This document shows positions 13,153 to 27,500 of a stretch of 64,000 nucleotides of DNA, one piece after another (the first letter of the stretch is position 1; each line of letters starts with the position of its first letter). The translations under genes and the position numbers were made by a program. The stretch lies in contig OX597819.1 of NCBI GenBank assembly GCA_951406725.2, forward strand, positions 63,674,001 through 63,738,000, in the 5' to 3' direction. The DNA is from Octopus vulgaris (lineage: Eukaryota). The notes beneath the pieces were generated by a model that was not told the origin of the DNA, did no database searches, and saw nothing but the letters and a program-made list of their open reading frames with translations.

Positions 13153-13887
13153 ATGTATACGTACATACATAAAGCACATGTATACGTACATACATAAATG
13201 CATATGCATACACCTGTTTTGTGTGTATGTGAGTGTGTGTGAGAGAATGCCAGTTAGACAACTCTCGCACTCTCTCTCTCTCCCGCACACTCATATAAAA
13301 CAAGTGTATGCCGATGTATTTATTTATGTTCGTATACATGACAACACAACCCTTCTCTCTCTCTCACCCCCCACCAATAAGCGTATAGAAACGTACATAC
13401 AAATACACACATGTGCATGTGTGACTGATTATAGATATATATAGCTGAACACCGCGAGCAAAAAGTAATTAAGTAAAAATATTTTACGGAAATTTACAAC
13501 GTGAGCAAATTCAAGCGAAATTTGCGAACTTAGTAAATATTTCTATCAGTAATTTATCGTAGTTGCTTTGCAAATACCGAATTAAAAACTTCAAAGGAAA
13601 ATATTGAAATACACAGTGAGAGGGTTCTCAAATGGAAGCGAAAAATTTCGCCGTTGCTACGTGGATACCGGAATTTGATATTGAGAAACCTTTTTAAAGA
13701 GGTGAATTATATATATATATATATATATGTATAAAGAAAAATTATCTAATTTTTAATTAAAAAAATTGAAGAACCTATTACGTATCCGAGGTCAAATTAT
13801 TTACGCATCCCAAGTAAGGAAAAATTTCGCGCAGTCGGTTGCGCGTGGGAAGCGAACACACGCACACACACATACACACACACACAA

Positions 13888-13918
<31 letters not shown>

Positions 13919-14636
13919 GGTGTACATCATATACGAAATGTATATTTGCAGATTTGTACTTTCTGTTTTATGCATGTCTTTACATGAATATTCGTGTATA
14001 CGTATGTAGGGAAGCATTCATGCAAGCATGCATGCATGTATGTATATATGTATGTACGTATATATTCATGTATGTATATATGTGTGTGTGCCTTTGTGTT
14101 TAAATTCTATCACAGATTAAATATCAGAGTACAAAAAAAAATAACACTAGGTTACTATATTTCGAATGAAACATTTAAGTTTGGTACACAAGGCTGGCTG
14201 TAGTCCAAAGATTGAATCATGTAAAAGATACACGATAAAACGTAAAAGATAAACACAGATATACACTCACACTTTCTGACACACACACACATATAGATGC
14301 AAGTATCTGCAATTAAACATATTAACATGATCAGAGAGAAGGAAACTTCAATACATATATTATTCATTATAGAAATGTAAAATGGCTATACATTTTTAGA
14401 ATGCCATACTAACACCTACAATGAATTTAATATTGGCTTTGATCTATTAGAATAACAATAAGTACAATACCATACGAACCAGAACAGCAATTTAATTATT
14501 CCTGTATTCGAGGATTTAAACGGTTTTGTTTTATCTATAAAGAAATTTCAGTTTTCAAATTAAAAGTCAGAAACACAGGCTTCACAAGAAAGTATATGGC
14601 ATATACAACTATATACATGCATACATACATACATAC

Positions 14637-14673
<37 letters not shown>

Positions 14674-14695
14674 TGGATGTATGTATATGTATATT

Positions 14696-14740
<45 letters not shown>

Positions 14741-14858
14741 AGAGACAAAACCACTATTTTGCAAAACAAACAAGGAAAGACTTAATCAATACATAAAATT
14801 TTAATAAAATGTCAAAAAAACCGCCACATTTTTCCCTGTAAATATTCCTAATATTTAT

Positions 14859-14945
<87 letters not shown>

Positions 14946-15123
14946 TATACGTATATATGAATGCACAATCACATATAAATATAAAGACAGAGGGAACGAG
15001 AACGAAGGAAAATGAGCGAGAAAGCGCGAGATATAGTTAGATAAGCCGGTAGATCGATCCGTACTTATATATTTATAAGTACGTATGTACATATATACAT
15101 ACCTGCATGTATACATGTATGTA

Positions 15124-15175
<52 letters not shown>

Positions 15176-15180
15176 CATAT

Positions 15181-15244
<64 letters not shown>

Positions 15245-16741
15245 ATGTATATATTTACATATGTATATGTATATATTTACATATGTATATGTATATATTT
15301 ACATATTTTCGTATATATACATAGGCATATACATGTACATTGATACATATATTTGTGTTTGTATATGCATACTGGTGAGTATTGATTTTCAATAAACAGT
15401 AACCTCGCCCTCCTTCAAAAATACTTACTGCATTGGTGTATTGGATATGTTGTTGTAATTAAATTAGAACAATTAACACATTCCCGTGGGGTATTTATGT
15501 TGAGAATGGTATTTTATATCTTTTGATATACTCGTATATCTGAAATAATTATGTAGTGTGATCAAATATGTTATTATTACTGTTCTTATCGTAGTATTTT
15601 CTTTAATATTAATGTGTAAAATGTCTTATCTTAAATATATACTTTGATGCATAAATGTCAACAGATTTCATTATATATCTCTTTATATATATATATATAT
15701 ATGGATAAATAGATATTTAGGTATATATTTATACATATATAATTATGGTCTCACAAATTCTGATATACATATTTGTCTATATAGTTACTTAGATACATAG
15801 AGATACACACATATACACACTTATATATATGCATTAATATGTGTGTGTGTTATACATACATGTACATATATATCTATATATATAAAACTGAGAATGTGTG
15901 TCAGTCTGTCTGTCTGTGTGTTTCCCTAAAACTTGAGAACTACACAACCAATTTCATTCAAATTTTACACATGCCTTACTTAAGGTCTGGGGAGTGTCAT
16001 CGGCTAAAAAATCTTAACTTTTTCCCAAGGGCGACTCCACAGCGATATCATATCTTCTCCACTATTTCAGTATTACGTGTTAAAAGTGAAACAAAAACAT
16101 CTCTCTTTTGTAATGCAGACACTTTCACTATTAAAGTGAAAGTATTATATAACAGGGATGAACCATTAACAATGGTTATCCATTTTGCTAGAAGAAGATC
16201 CACTATGGTCTTATATGCTACAACACTGGTTTTCAATTCATATTAATCAAATTAATATTCAATATTACAGCCTTATTATGTGTGTGTATGTGTGTGTGTA
16301 TTAGCAATTCGTATAAAATTGCATCAATGACTTGAACTTGAATAAGTGGTTTCACATAAATAGGTATAAATTAAAAAGGTTTGTTGTTATTATTATTACT
16401 GTTTGACTATTGTAACCACGTTTGTTGGTTCCTCGTCAGGGAAGCGCTGTTGTGTTGCATTATATATATATAGTTGAAATTAACAGAAAAGCAAAAGACG
16501 AAGACAGGTGTATAAACAACAAGCAGGTGTATTAATTTAACGCTCGAGAAGGTGAGAAAGTCTTTTACGTTTTGAGCCTATGCTCTTCAACAGAAAGGAA
16601 CACGAGGACATAAATAGAGAAAATTAAAAACAATGTATTAGGATAATGCTCAGGAATAGAAAAAGTATTTTACGTTTCGAGCCTACGCTCTTCTACAGAA
16701 AGGGACACATAAAAAGCAAGGAGAGAATATATATATATATA

Positions 16742-17115
16742 GTCACTTTTGTGACCTCTATTAATTTTGCCTTTATGCTTTAATTGCTAATGAGCCCCAC
16801 TTTTTCATTTATTGTTTACAATTTTACCGTTTTGAAAATCAGCACGTTTTCAACGGTTTTTCTTTTAAGACTGATAGAGGCAGTCGTGTTTAACTCTAGG
16901 CTTTAAGAGTCGCTGATGAAGATTAAGATGTCCAGCATCAACATCCGAAATTGCGATCCGGCTATGCACGCTGGGGACTTACCTCTCTTTATCAGTCATT
17001 AAGTTCAGTGCTCTTGTGGCTTTGAGTTATTTTAACAAAAACTGTGCTAGTCAGTACCATCTGTCACTTTTTTGACCTCTATAAAATCGCCTTTTTTTAA
17101 TTGCTAATAAGCTAC
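16742..17115 (+). mobile_element. Penelope-like terminal repeat unit with a type I hammerhead, bounded by ~55-nt direct repeats
   Basis: Repeat gtcacttt(t)tgacctctat...ttaattgctaat at ~16742 and ~17063. Motif AGTCG-CTGATGA-AGAT..ATCC-GAAAT-tgcg-ATC-CGGCT at 16908-16963. Confidence 0.65.
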
Positions 17116-17825
17116 TCTTTTTTAAATTGTGAGTGAATATATATATTTATATGTATGGTGTGAGTGGTTGTGCGTGTGTGTGTGTAAGTAGATATGTATA
17201 TATGTGTGTAAGTGTGTGTATGCACAAGCGAGCATATATGTATGTATATGCGAGCGAGTGTAGGTGTGCTTATATATATGTACGTGAGTGCGCGTACATA
17301 TCCGTATATGTGAGCGTGTGTATATATCCGTATGTATATGTGTGTGTAGATTTTATACATGAATATGTGTGTGTGTCTGCGTGCACGCGCGCATATATGC
17401 GCGTATGTGTCCGAGTGTTGAATCTTAAAGGCCAGCTAATGAGAATAATATGTGTAACCAACCATGAAGAACAAATCAACAGTACAAAGAAATAAAATAC
17501 CAATCTCTTTAAAACGGCAACCACTTTAAGGATACGAGAATCACCATCCCACTACGTTTACGCATTCAAAGCAGTTTGCCAACGGCCCTTCACCAACAAC
17601 ATACCCTGATAGGCTTTGTGAGTACTACTAAATTAAGGCTACGACAGAGAGTTAGAATGTTCTTGAAGCCGAGGATTTTAAATTTACATGGACAATATTT
17701 ATATATCACCTGAAGAAACACAACTAGATCTCATAATGCAGGGAAATAGTTTCTTAATCAGGTACCTGCACATCTGAAGAACAACGTTGCGTGCAAACAA
17801 TTGTAGTCATTAAAACATAAATGTC

Positions 17826-18550
17826 CACTCTTTGATCTCTTTCGGGACTCCTCTTTGATCTCTTTCGGGACTCCTCTTTGATCCCTTTCGTCACACTCTT
17901 TGATCTTTTTCGGGACTCCTCTTTGATCTATTTCGCGATCCTCTTTGATCTCTTCCGGGACTCCTCTTTGATCTCTTTCGGGATTCCTCTTTGATCTCTT
18001 TCGGCACCCACTTTGATCTCTTTCGGGACTCCTCTTTGATCTCTTTCGGGACTCCTCTTTGATCTCTTTCGGCACCCTCTTTGATCTCTTTCGGGACTCC
18101 TCTATGGTTTCTTTCGGGACACCTCTTTGATCCCTTTCGGCACCCTCTTTGCTCTCTTTCGGGACTCCTCTTTGATATCTTTCGGGACTACTCTTTGATC
18201 TCTTTCGGGACTCCTCTTTGATCTCTTTCGGCACCCTCTTTGATCTCTTTCGGGACTCCTCTTTGATCTCTTTCGGGACTTCTCTTTGATATCTTTCGGG
18301 ACTCCTCTTTGATCTCTTTCGGCACACTCTTTGATCTCTTTCGGGACTCCTCTTTGATCCATTTCGTGACTCCTATTTGATCTCTTTCGGCACCTTCTTT
18401 GGTCTCTTTCGGGACTCCTCTTTGATCTCTTTCAGGACTCATCTTTGATCTCTTTCGGCACCTTTTTTTTATCTCTTTCGGGACTCCTCTTTGATCTCTT
18501 TCGGCACCTTTTTTATCTCTTTCGGGACTCCTCTTTGATCTCTTTCGGTA
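17826..18550. repeat. Minisatellite of ~30 mixed 24-nt and 21-nt units (ctctttgatctctttcgggactc / ...cggcacc)
   Basis: Directly visible inside the Helitron. Unit lengths are multiples of 3, which explains the long minus-strand ORFs. Confidence 0.92.
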
Positions 18551-19089
18551 CAACCGTACCCTTGTTGTTTACTACAATTTTTTCAATTATCTATCCACAC
18601 ACGACAGATGCTTAAACGCAAACCTGGAAATACATATAATACTACAACTGGAAAACACAGTTTAAATGTGAAAGTGGACGAGCGAGCTTTATACTGTATT
18701 CTACTATGTTCTTAACAGAATATACTATAATTATATATATACATATATAAGACGGGCTTCTTACGGTTTACGTCAACCAGATATACTCACAAGTCTTTGG
18801 TCGGTCCGAGTCTATATCAGAAGACACTTGCCCAAAGTGTCACACAATAGTACTGAACCCAGAACCATGTGGTTGGGAATACATATATATTTATATATAT
18901 ATCTGTATATATATACGGCAAGATGTGTCTGTGTGTGTACGTGATTGTAGTTTATGCACATCCACAAATTAGCACGCATTTCGCTCAAATTTTAGGAGGA
19001 CATTCGTCAACATCCTTTCTGGGTTTTGTCAACTTATTTTTTTTACCGAGTTATTCGCGGATAGCGGTAAAAATCTATTTTCAGTAATA

Positions 19090-19345
19090 GCTTTTTGACG
19101 GCGTCAAAAAAAATCAAGATAAAGAAAAGTGGAAGAAGAGAGGTAGAGAGTTTCACGGGAAAGACAAAGTGACAGAGGGAAAGAGAGTAAGTGACGACGT
19201 TCCTAAAAATCTATTTTCAGCCATATCTTTTTGACGGCGTCTAACAAAAAAAAACAAGATAAAGAAAAGTGGAATGAAGCAGAGAGTTTCACGGGAAAGA
19301 CAAAGTGGGAGAGGGAGAGAGAGTAAATGACGACGTTCATAAAAT
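19090..19345 (+). repeat. Two-copy tandem duplication (~135-nt period) inside the Helitron
   Basis: tttttgacggcgtc...aagataaagaaaagtggaa...gagagtttcacgggaaagacaaagtg...gacgacgttc occurs twice. Confidence 0.85.
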
Positions 19346-20224
19346 ATAAAATGTAAAATGTTTTGTCTTTTCTTAAACACGAGATATAGTGTTCAAATTC
19401 AGGTTGTTTTTGAAAGACACTATATTTTATAATCTTAGTATATATACTTTCTCACACAACAATTACAATATATTTATTTTAAATCATTTATTTATTTATT
19501 TTAAATCGTTCATCTTTCTTCCACTCTCTCTCACACACATTACTTTGGGTGCGAAAGAGTTTTGTTTTTATTTTACGCCGAGTAAAAATGTGTATTGTTG
19601 ACAATCCATTTATTTAACAACAAAGAAACAAAGAGGTGAGTAGCAATTTGTCAGTGAATTGCACAATATAAATGGGTACACTTTCCGAGGCTTCCACCAC
19701 AGCCACTCCGTTTCACGGACCACAAAAGGGTTTTGTAGCATATTAGGAGGCCAGAGTAGTTGATTCCAATAAAAAAAAACGATTATTTTTCTTAGTAAAA
19801 ATCGTGCGAGTGTTAATCTTCAAATTTAACAACATTTTCCCATTCATTTCTGTTTATGAACATGCACAAAACATGCAATAGGTGTACGCATGTACATGTG
19901 TGTTCGTGTTTGTTGCCCATATATATTTATATTATATTATATTATGTTATATATATATAACATATATATAATTCATATATAATATAACCAATTTCAACGG
20001 ATTTTGCCCAAATTTGACGTCGATATTACTTAGTTTGGTTTGAAATAAAGAACTTGATTAGCTTAATAATCGTAACTTAATCCCAGGCAAGGCCGGGTTA
20101 TACTGCTAGTATATATATAAAACTTAGAACTTAGATAAAAGTTAGATATATTTCGACCAAAAATTGGTCCAGGCCATGTCTAACTTAATAGCACCACCTG
20201 ATAGGATTATCTAAATCCTGTTTA

Positions 20225-20340
20225 ATTCAAGTTTTGTTTATGGTCCATTCAAGTAGGGAGTTCTTGTAGAGTGAGTTGTATCCAGGTATGGGTGGCTTAT
20301 CTGGTATTCGTTGAAGAAATCTGTCCAGACTCCATTTATG
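20225..20340 (-). mobile_element. 3' terminal fragment of a CR1/L2-group LINE ORF2
   Basis: Peptide KWSLDRFLQRIPDKPPIPGYNSLYKNSLLEW matches the LD.FL..IPD.P..PGY...NSL ending typical of CR1-group ORF2. Confidence 0.55.
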
Positions 20341-20669
20341 TATATATAGAGAGGGACATGAGAATAATACATTTATATATATAGATAGACGGACATGCGA
20401 ATAATACGCATATGCACACACATACATCCGCACGCACCAGATAGGATATTCAGAAGTCGAATAAATAAGGGAATAGTAATTCTTACATTAGGACAAGACT
20501 TTAGCGGAAATGTGTAGTACTGCTGTAGTTAATTCCTGATGAGAAGTGAACTATATCAAAATACACCATCACACACATACTCGCATACAGACAGACAGAA
20601 ACAAACAGAAAAAGATACGCGCACACACTGATATACTGGCATATAACGTAACAGCTTTTTAAAGAACAC

Positions 20670-20952
<283 letters not shown>

Positions 20953-21286
20953 TATATATATACTCACATACACACGCATATATATGTATGCGCTTAAAAT
21001 CCCAAATATCATGTGTAATGAACGAGAATGAAATTTGTACCAGATTACATTAAAATAGCAAGAAGCACAGAAACGAGAATGTCGATGAAGATAAAAATCA
21101 AAATGAACAACAAACAAATAAAAGTTCAATTTAATATACAGAAGTGAGCAATAGTTCATCACACATACACACACACACACACGCATGCAACGAGAACACA
21201 CTCACGTACAAGCACGCACACGCAAACCCAAACGTGCACAAACTGAGATAGAAAGGCACGCGTACAGTCTCATATATATACATATA

Positions 21287-21419
21287 CTAGCAGTATCGCC
21301 CTGCGTTGCTCGGGTTTGTAAGGGAAATAACTATATAAGCATTTTTAGAGATGTAAAGTAGTTAGGAATCTAAATCGTAAGAGACAGACAGCACACAACC
21401 TCTCTTTTATATATAAAGA
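21287..21419 (-). mobile_element. 133-bp mini-Helitron
   Basis: Minus strand: A|TCTTTATATATAAAAGAG...tgtctgtct...cccgagcaacgcaggg-cgatactgCTAG|T. Confidence 0.8.
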
Positions 21420-22305
21420 TATAACAAAAAGTAAAACAACAAAAATCATCCTTGCACATGAGTTGGACGTTGTGTTTGTTATTGTTTTAAATGAATATGC
21501 GTTCTAAATTTACGTCAAACAAAACGGCATATTTGCATTTGTTTTTATCTTTAATTCATGGCGTTGTGCTGCATTGTACTCTTCTTTGTTTTTTGACTTT
21601 TTCCCTGTATATTTATACCCTTTTCTGGTATGTACTTTCGTTTAAGTGACTTCATTTTGTTCGTTGATTTTTCTTTGCCTCAACTTTTCCTCGTGCTGTT
21701 TGTGCCCAATCTCTTTCGGCAATATGCTCTGAAGAAGCTGGCCGTGTTTGCGCGGAACTAGTTTAATCTCCGAAAGTAGCCGAGGTTTATCAGTCTATCA
21801 GTCCCACTGTGCCTCGTTTTAGAAAACATCACAAGAGATAGCAAACATAAGATTTTATATTCTTCAAGAATTTATCACCTGTCTAATTTAAATGGATGTA
21901 TGCCTGCGGGTTGATTTTGTTGACCCCCCTAATAACATAATTATAAATTTGTGGGATGAAGAGTATTAACATATTTGGCTCACTTTCACAGAACTCGGCT
22001 CCAGTAACCTGAGGAGCACTGGTCGCCTAGCTGTTTCAAATTCTGATGGCACACTTGATCCTCACGATGGACTCAGCCGGTAGTCAGTTTCACTTTACAC
22101 GCGACAACAACTGTCGACATATCTCAAGTTAGCAATGCAAAGAAATTTTACTACTGCTCTATTTTATGCATTATTATTTCTTCACGGTGCACTATTCTCA
22201 GGCATTTTCCCGACGACATTATTTCCGCTCTTGTAAGGTTTATTCCGGGTAGATAGTGCCTCTCGTTATCTTTGCCAGGCTAGAAATTATCTAAAGACTT
22301 CACTA

Positions 22306-22458
22306 TATGGTACGTAGCTTGCTTACCAATCACATGGTTCCGGGTTCATTCCCACTGCGTGGCAACTTGGATAAGTGTCTTCTACTATAGCGTCGGGCTG
22401 ACCACAGCCATGTGAGTGGATTTTGTCGATGGAAACTGAAAGAAACTAAAAGAAACCC

Positions 22459-22526
<68 letters not shown>

Positions 22527-22775
22527 ATGTGTGTGTGTGTATGTGTGTGTGTGTGCGTATATGTTTGTGTGTCTGTGTTTGTTCCCCCAATATCGCTTGG
22601 CAACCGATGCTAGTGTGTTTACGTCCCCGTCACCTAGCGGTTCGGCAAGAGAGAACGATAGAATAAGCACTAGGCTTTCCAAGAATAAAGTCCTGTGGTT
22701 GATTTTCTCGACTAAAGGCGGTGCTGCAGCATCGCCGCAATCAAATGACTGAAACAAATAAAAGTAGAAAAGAAA
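22306..22775 (+). mobile_element. SINE family C copy with internal (TA)n(TG)n
   Basis: ggttccgggttcattcccactgcgtggcaacttggataagtgtcttctactatag...gactaaaggcggtgctgcagc. Confidence 0.75.
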
Positions 22776-23074
22776 TAAAAAACGTACATTTTCCGATACC
22801 TGCTTTAACAAGAAAATATAAAAAGGGTTTCTGCGCATAATTTGTTCTAGATTTACAAATCCCACCAATCGCATTAGCCATCTGGTAAGGAGCATTGTGT
22901 AGCTGAAGACATGCTAAATATTAATTTTCAATGTAATAGTTACTAGATATCCGAAAGAATATAATTTTCATTCACCAGTGCTCAGTAACAAGATCCAGTG
23001 TTGTACTGAAAATGTTTAAGAAAGACATGACATTGGACAATATGATATTATCACATTATAGGATATCAAATGAG

Positions 23075-23168
23075 ATACGATGATGATGACGATGACGAAG
23101 ACGCGGACAACAATGACGACGATGATGATGGCAAAGATGATAATGGGAATGGCGATGATGATGATGAC

Positions 23169-23257
<89 letters not shown>

Positions 23258-23310
23258 CAACAACAACAACAACAGTAGCACAAACAACGACGACGACGAT
23301 GATGATGTTA

Positions 23311-23345
<35 letters not shown>

Positions 23346-23349
23346 AATG

Positions 23350-23407
<58 letters not shown>

Positions 23408-23408
23408 G
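23075..23408. repeat. Compound (GAT)/(AAT)/(AAC) microsatellite
   Basis: Directly visible. Confidence 0.95.
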
Positions 23409-24488
23409 ACTTAAATGAGAAAGAAAATATGAAAATAAATGCTTAAGGGAAAACTTAAAAAGCTGAAGTAATGAAAACAAAGTAATTTACAAAAGAAGTG
23501 TGAAAGAAATTGAATGAGAAAATTTGGTCGGCTACAAATAGCCGATTCTATAGAAGAAAAAAATATATAAACAAAGAATGGAACAAAAAAGAAATATATA
23601 AAATACCCATGTAAAAATGGCTGCAATGAGAAAGAATGAAAAAAGGAGAAAAGATCGAAAGACATGCGATAGTTCTTTCATGTTGGTATATCAAACAGAT
23701 TTTACTGATCGATTGAATGAAAAAATAACGTTATGATAATGTCGGACGGAAAATCCATCATCTTATCTGCATTTTAATCTTCGCACGTCTTTTGGTGTTT
23801 GTAGTTTTCTTTTGTTCCCTATCTGTTGCGTTTTATACTTCTTGGAGTTCGTCAGAGCTGCTTCTATACACCTGCTGTGTAGGCGGAACTCTCGTGAGCA
23901 ACTTCAGACGCTATCTGTGAAAGAATATGAAAATATTCCCTGTAAATACAACAAATCCAACAAAATATTTTTTTAAAAAAAGCATTCATCTCTCAAAATA
24001 CGAAAATAATTACAAAATGGAAACAGCTTGGTCTCATTTCAATTTTTTAGAAGTTTATATATGTATTTTTTTAAATTTTGCAAATGTTAAATTAATTATA
24101 CAAAAGTAGACAAAAAAAATGAAAATAAAAATACAATATTCAAACGAAACATCAAAGTAATAAATAATTGCAAATAAAAGTAAATTAAAATTAGAAAATT
24201 AATAACGCACAATAATTAAACAAATGCAAATACGAGAAGAAAATTTAAATAAAATATTATTTAAAAATATCATAAACTCGCACAGACACAAGTCATATAC
24301 ATGTATGTATGTAGGTATGCATGTATACGAGCATATATTTATATATATATATATGCATATATATATATATGCATATATATATATGTATATTTATTTATGT
24401 GTATATAAATATGTGTTATATATATATACATATATATATATGCATGTAAATATTTATAAATATCAATATATGTGTATGTATATGACTG

Positions 24489-24533
<45 letters not shown>

Positions 24534-24564
24534 ATACACATACATACGTACAAATATTCATGTA

Positions 24565-24614
<50 letters not shown>

Positions 24615-24839
24615 CGAGTGCGTTCGTATGTCTGCTTATCTGTGTGAGAAAGAGTCTGGTTATGTGTGTAGTTTGTAAACGTGCTTGCGTTTATGTTTTA
24701 TGTTTGACATTTCCCCCGCAGCAACAGCAACATGATATGTTTGATACCAGATAAAATTAATGGTTAGCATAATTTCATTCATGGTACACAAGGGATTTGA
24801 TAGATTGTGTGGTGAGAATGAGGGGAAATAAATATGATA

Positions 24840-27000
24840 AGATAGCAAAGAAAAAGGAATAAGAACCTGGAAACAGCAGACAAGTGAGTAGAAGACGAGG
24901 AAAAGTAGAAAAACGCCACCACAAGAATAGGAAGATTAGGATGAGGAGGGGGGAAATAAAAGAAAAATAGATATAAAAATTAGAAGGAATAAGGCGAGAA
25001 CAAGATGAAGACAGAAGTAATGGTGCTGTTTAATAAGATGTAGTGGATTATAATTACAGACAAGAAGGAGGAAGGAAATGACGAAGAACAAGTAGTAGAA
25101 TATGAAGAAGTAGAATGGAAAATAGAAAATGTGGAAGAGGAGAGGGAGAAGAAAGAGATGATGTAGAAGAAGATTGGTAGAAAATGAATGAAGGGAAAAG
25201 AAGAATCAGAAAAGGTAAAAAATATGGACAATGTGAAGTAGATGATGATAGAGAAAGTACAGAAGCTGAATGTGGGAAAGAGCATAGGGAAAAGAGGAAG
25301 GAAAATAGGGAAAAAAGATAACGAGCAGGGGGTGAAAGAAAAAAGAGAAGAGAAGGGATGATCAGAAGGAGGAAGAAGAGAATAAACAAAATTAGAAAGG
25401 TGGAAGAAATAGAGAAATTTAAAATGCATAAGCAATGGAAGAACAAGGAAAGCAACAGAAAATTGAAGAAGCGAAAGAAGAAATCTGATGAAGAATTATA
25501 GTAAAGATCAGCAAAATGATAAGCTATAGAAAGAAGAAATGGCGGTGAAAAGTATGGTATGTGTTCATGGCAAGAAATACATGCTGTTTGCAAGGATAAT
25601 CAATTTGATGAGAGATGGTGATGATTATTGACACAATGGTGCAGGCGTGGCTGTGTGGTAAGAAGTTTGCATCCCAACCACACGGTCCAGGGTTCAGTCC
25701 TGCGATATGGTAAATTTAAAGCTAGTATCTTTTATTATAGCCTCTGGCATACCGAAGCCTGGTGAGTGGATTTGGTTTTACGGAAACTGAAAGTCTGCTG
25801 TGATATACATGCATGCAAACATACACACACACGCACACACACAAACACACACACACACATACACACACACACACACACACTTATATATGCATAGACAGGT
25901 GTTTGTGGGTGGATGTATTTGTCTTGTACGACCACGTGACATCCGGTGCTGGTATGTTTACGCCACTGCAATTTAAAATTTCGGCAAAAAGGACCGATAC
26001 ACTTAAAAAGAAAACAAGTCCTCAGTCTATTCGTTCGACTAAAATTCCTGAAGACGGTAATGATGATGCTGACGATGAGGACAACGACGGTGATGCCGCT
26101 GATGATGACTTTCATGAATTGCTATCATACCATTTGATCATCAAAACAACACTGTCATCGTAATGATGGACTGATGCCGCAAACGACAAGGGTAAGTTTG
26201 TTACAATAAATGTTAACATTAGGAATGGTGCGAAGAATCATGTTGCTTGTGATGATGATGATGAGAAGATGATGATGACGACGATGATGATGATGGTTCT
26301 GGCGGTAGTGCTAGTGGTGGCGGTAATGTTGCCGACATTGGAATAGATTACGATTTTCATGACACCGTTGATGTTAATCAAGAATTCACAGAAGACAACA
26401 ACGAAAAGCACGATGAGGAGAAATGATAAGAAGATAAAGAAGACAAGGGAAAATCAGCAGCCCAAGGAGTTGCTGCTGTTGCCGCTGCTACTGCTGCTGA
26501 TAAGATAATGTTGATGGTGATGGTGGTGCAGAAGAAGAAGAAAAGAAAGAATGGGTAGATGGTGTTATGCAAGAGAAGACAAAAATGTTGAAGAAGAAAT
26601 AGTAGAGGGACGTAGCCAAATAAAAGAAGGAGGAGGGGGAAAAGAAGAAGAAGAAGATGATGATGAAGAAGAAAAAGGAGGCGAAGAAGGAGAAGAGGAA
26701 GATGAAGTAGATAAGGAAAAGAAAAAGAAAAAGAAGAGGAAGGAGAAGATGGTCAAGAAGGAGAAGGAGGAAGAGGGAGAATAAGAAGGAAAAGAAGAAA
26801 AAGGAGAAGAAGAAGGAGAAGAAGAAGGAGGAGGAGAAGAAGAAGAAGAAGAAGAAGAAGAAGAAGAAGAAGAAGAAGAAGAAGAAGAAGAAGAAGAAGA
26901 AAAGTACAAGGGTAAGAATAACAAGGCAAAAGAAGAACAAGCATAAGATGAGGAAGTGGGAAGAAATGGCGAATAGAAAAGATGAAAATATTAAAAGTCG
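24840..27000. repeat. Purine-strand-biased (GAA/GAT-derived) low-complexity region, interrupted by a SINE C copy at ~25640-26055
   Basis: Strong A/G bias on the + strand, with pure (GAA)n at 26836-26900. Confidence 0.8.
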
Positions 27001-27134
27001 TATGAGAAATGAAAGATGGGCAAGTGTGTAGTGCCTATATTTATATTCATATATGTACGCTAGATTTATATATTGTAGTGTTTATAATTATATATGTATA
27101 TATATATGTATATATATACATATACATATATATA

Positions 27135-27338
27135 TGTTGATTCGTTAGCTACTGCATGCATTTTTTTTCTCTCCTTCTTTCTGTGTTTTTCTCTCTCTGT
27201 GTATCTTTCTGTTGAAGAGCGTAGGCTCGAAACGTTAAAGACTTGTTTTATTTATATTTCCTGAGCGCCATACTAATACAATTGTTCGTTTGTTTTCCAC
27301 CTGCCTTCGTCTTTTGTTTATTTTCATAAAGCTTCCCG

Positions 27339-27345
<7 letters not shown>
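27135..27345 (+). mobile_element. Short Penelope-like terminal repeat element with an A6U, extra-A hammerhead variant
   Basis: TCTTT-CTGTTGAA-GAGC-gtag-GCTC-GAAAC-GTT-AAAGA at 27204-27241, flanked by (TA)n. Confidence 0.7.
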
Positions 27346-27404
<59 letters not shown>

Positions 27405-27500
27405 ATAAGATCGTTAATTTAAATATCGATTTTATCATGTGGCCAGCATGGGAATAAAAACCTTCAAAGGTAATAATTATTATTTAAATTATAATTGAGA

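Larger units (their letters stand above)
15873..20109 (+). mobile_element. Non-autonomous Helitron with nested repeats
   Basis: 5' A|TCTATATATATAAAACTG followed by (GTCT)n. 3' hairpin cccaggc-aag-gccggg then CTAG|T. Inserted between A and T. That these two ends belong to one element is inferred. Confidence 0.75.

Noticed and set aside
17826-18550. CRISPR-like array
   Set aside because: Units are contiguous with no unique spacers, the context is eukaryotic, and no cas genes are present.
21722-21790. CTGAAGA...CGAAAG hammerhead candidate
   Set aside because: The stem II base and cleavage triplet do not fit, so it is at best a decayed copy.
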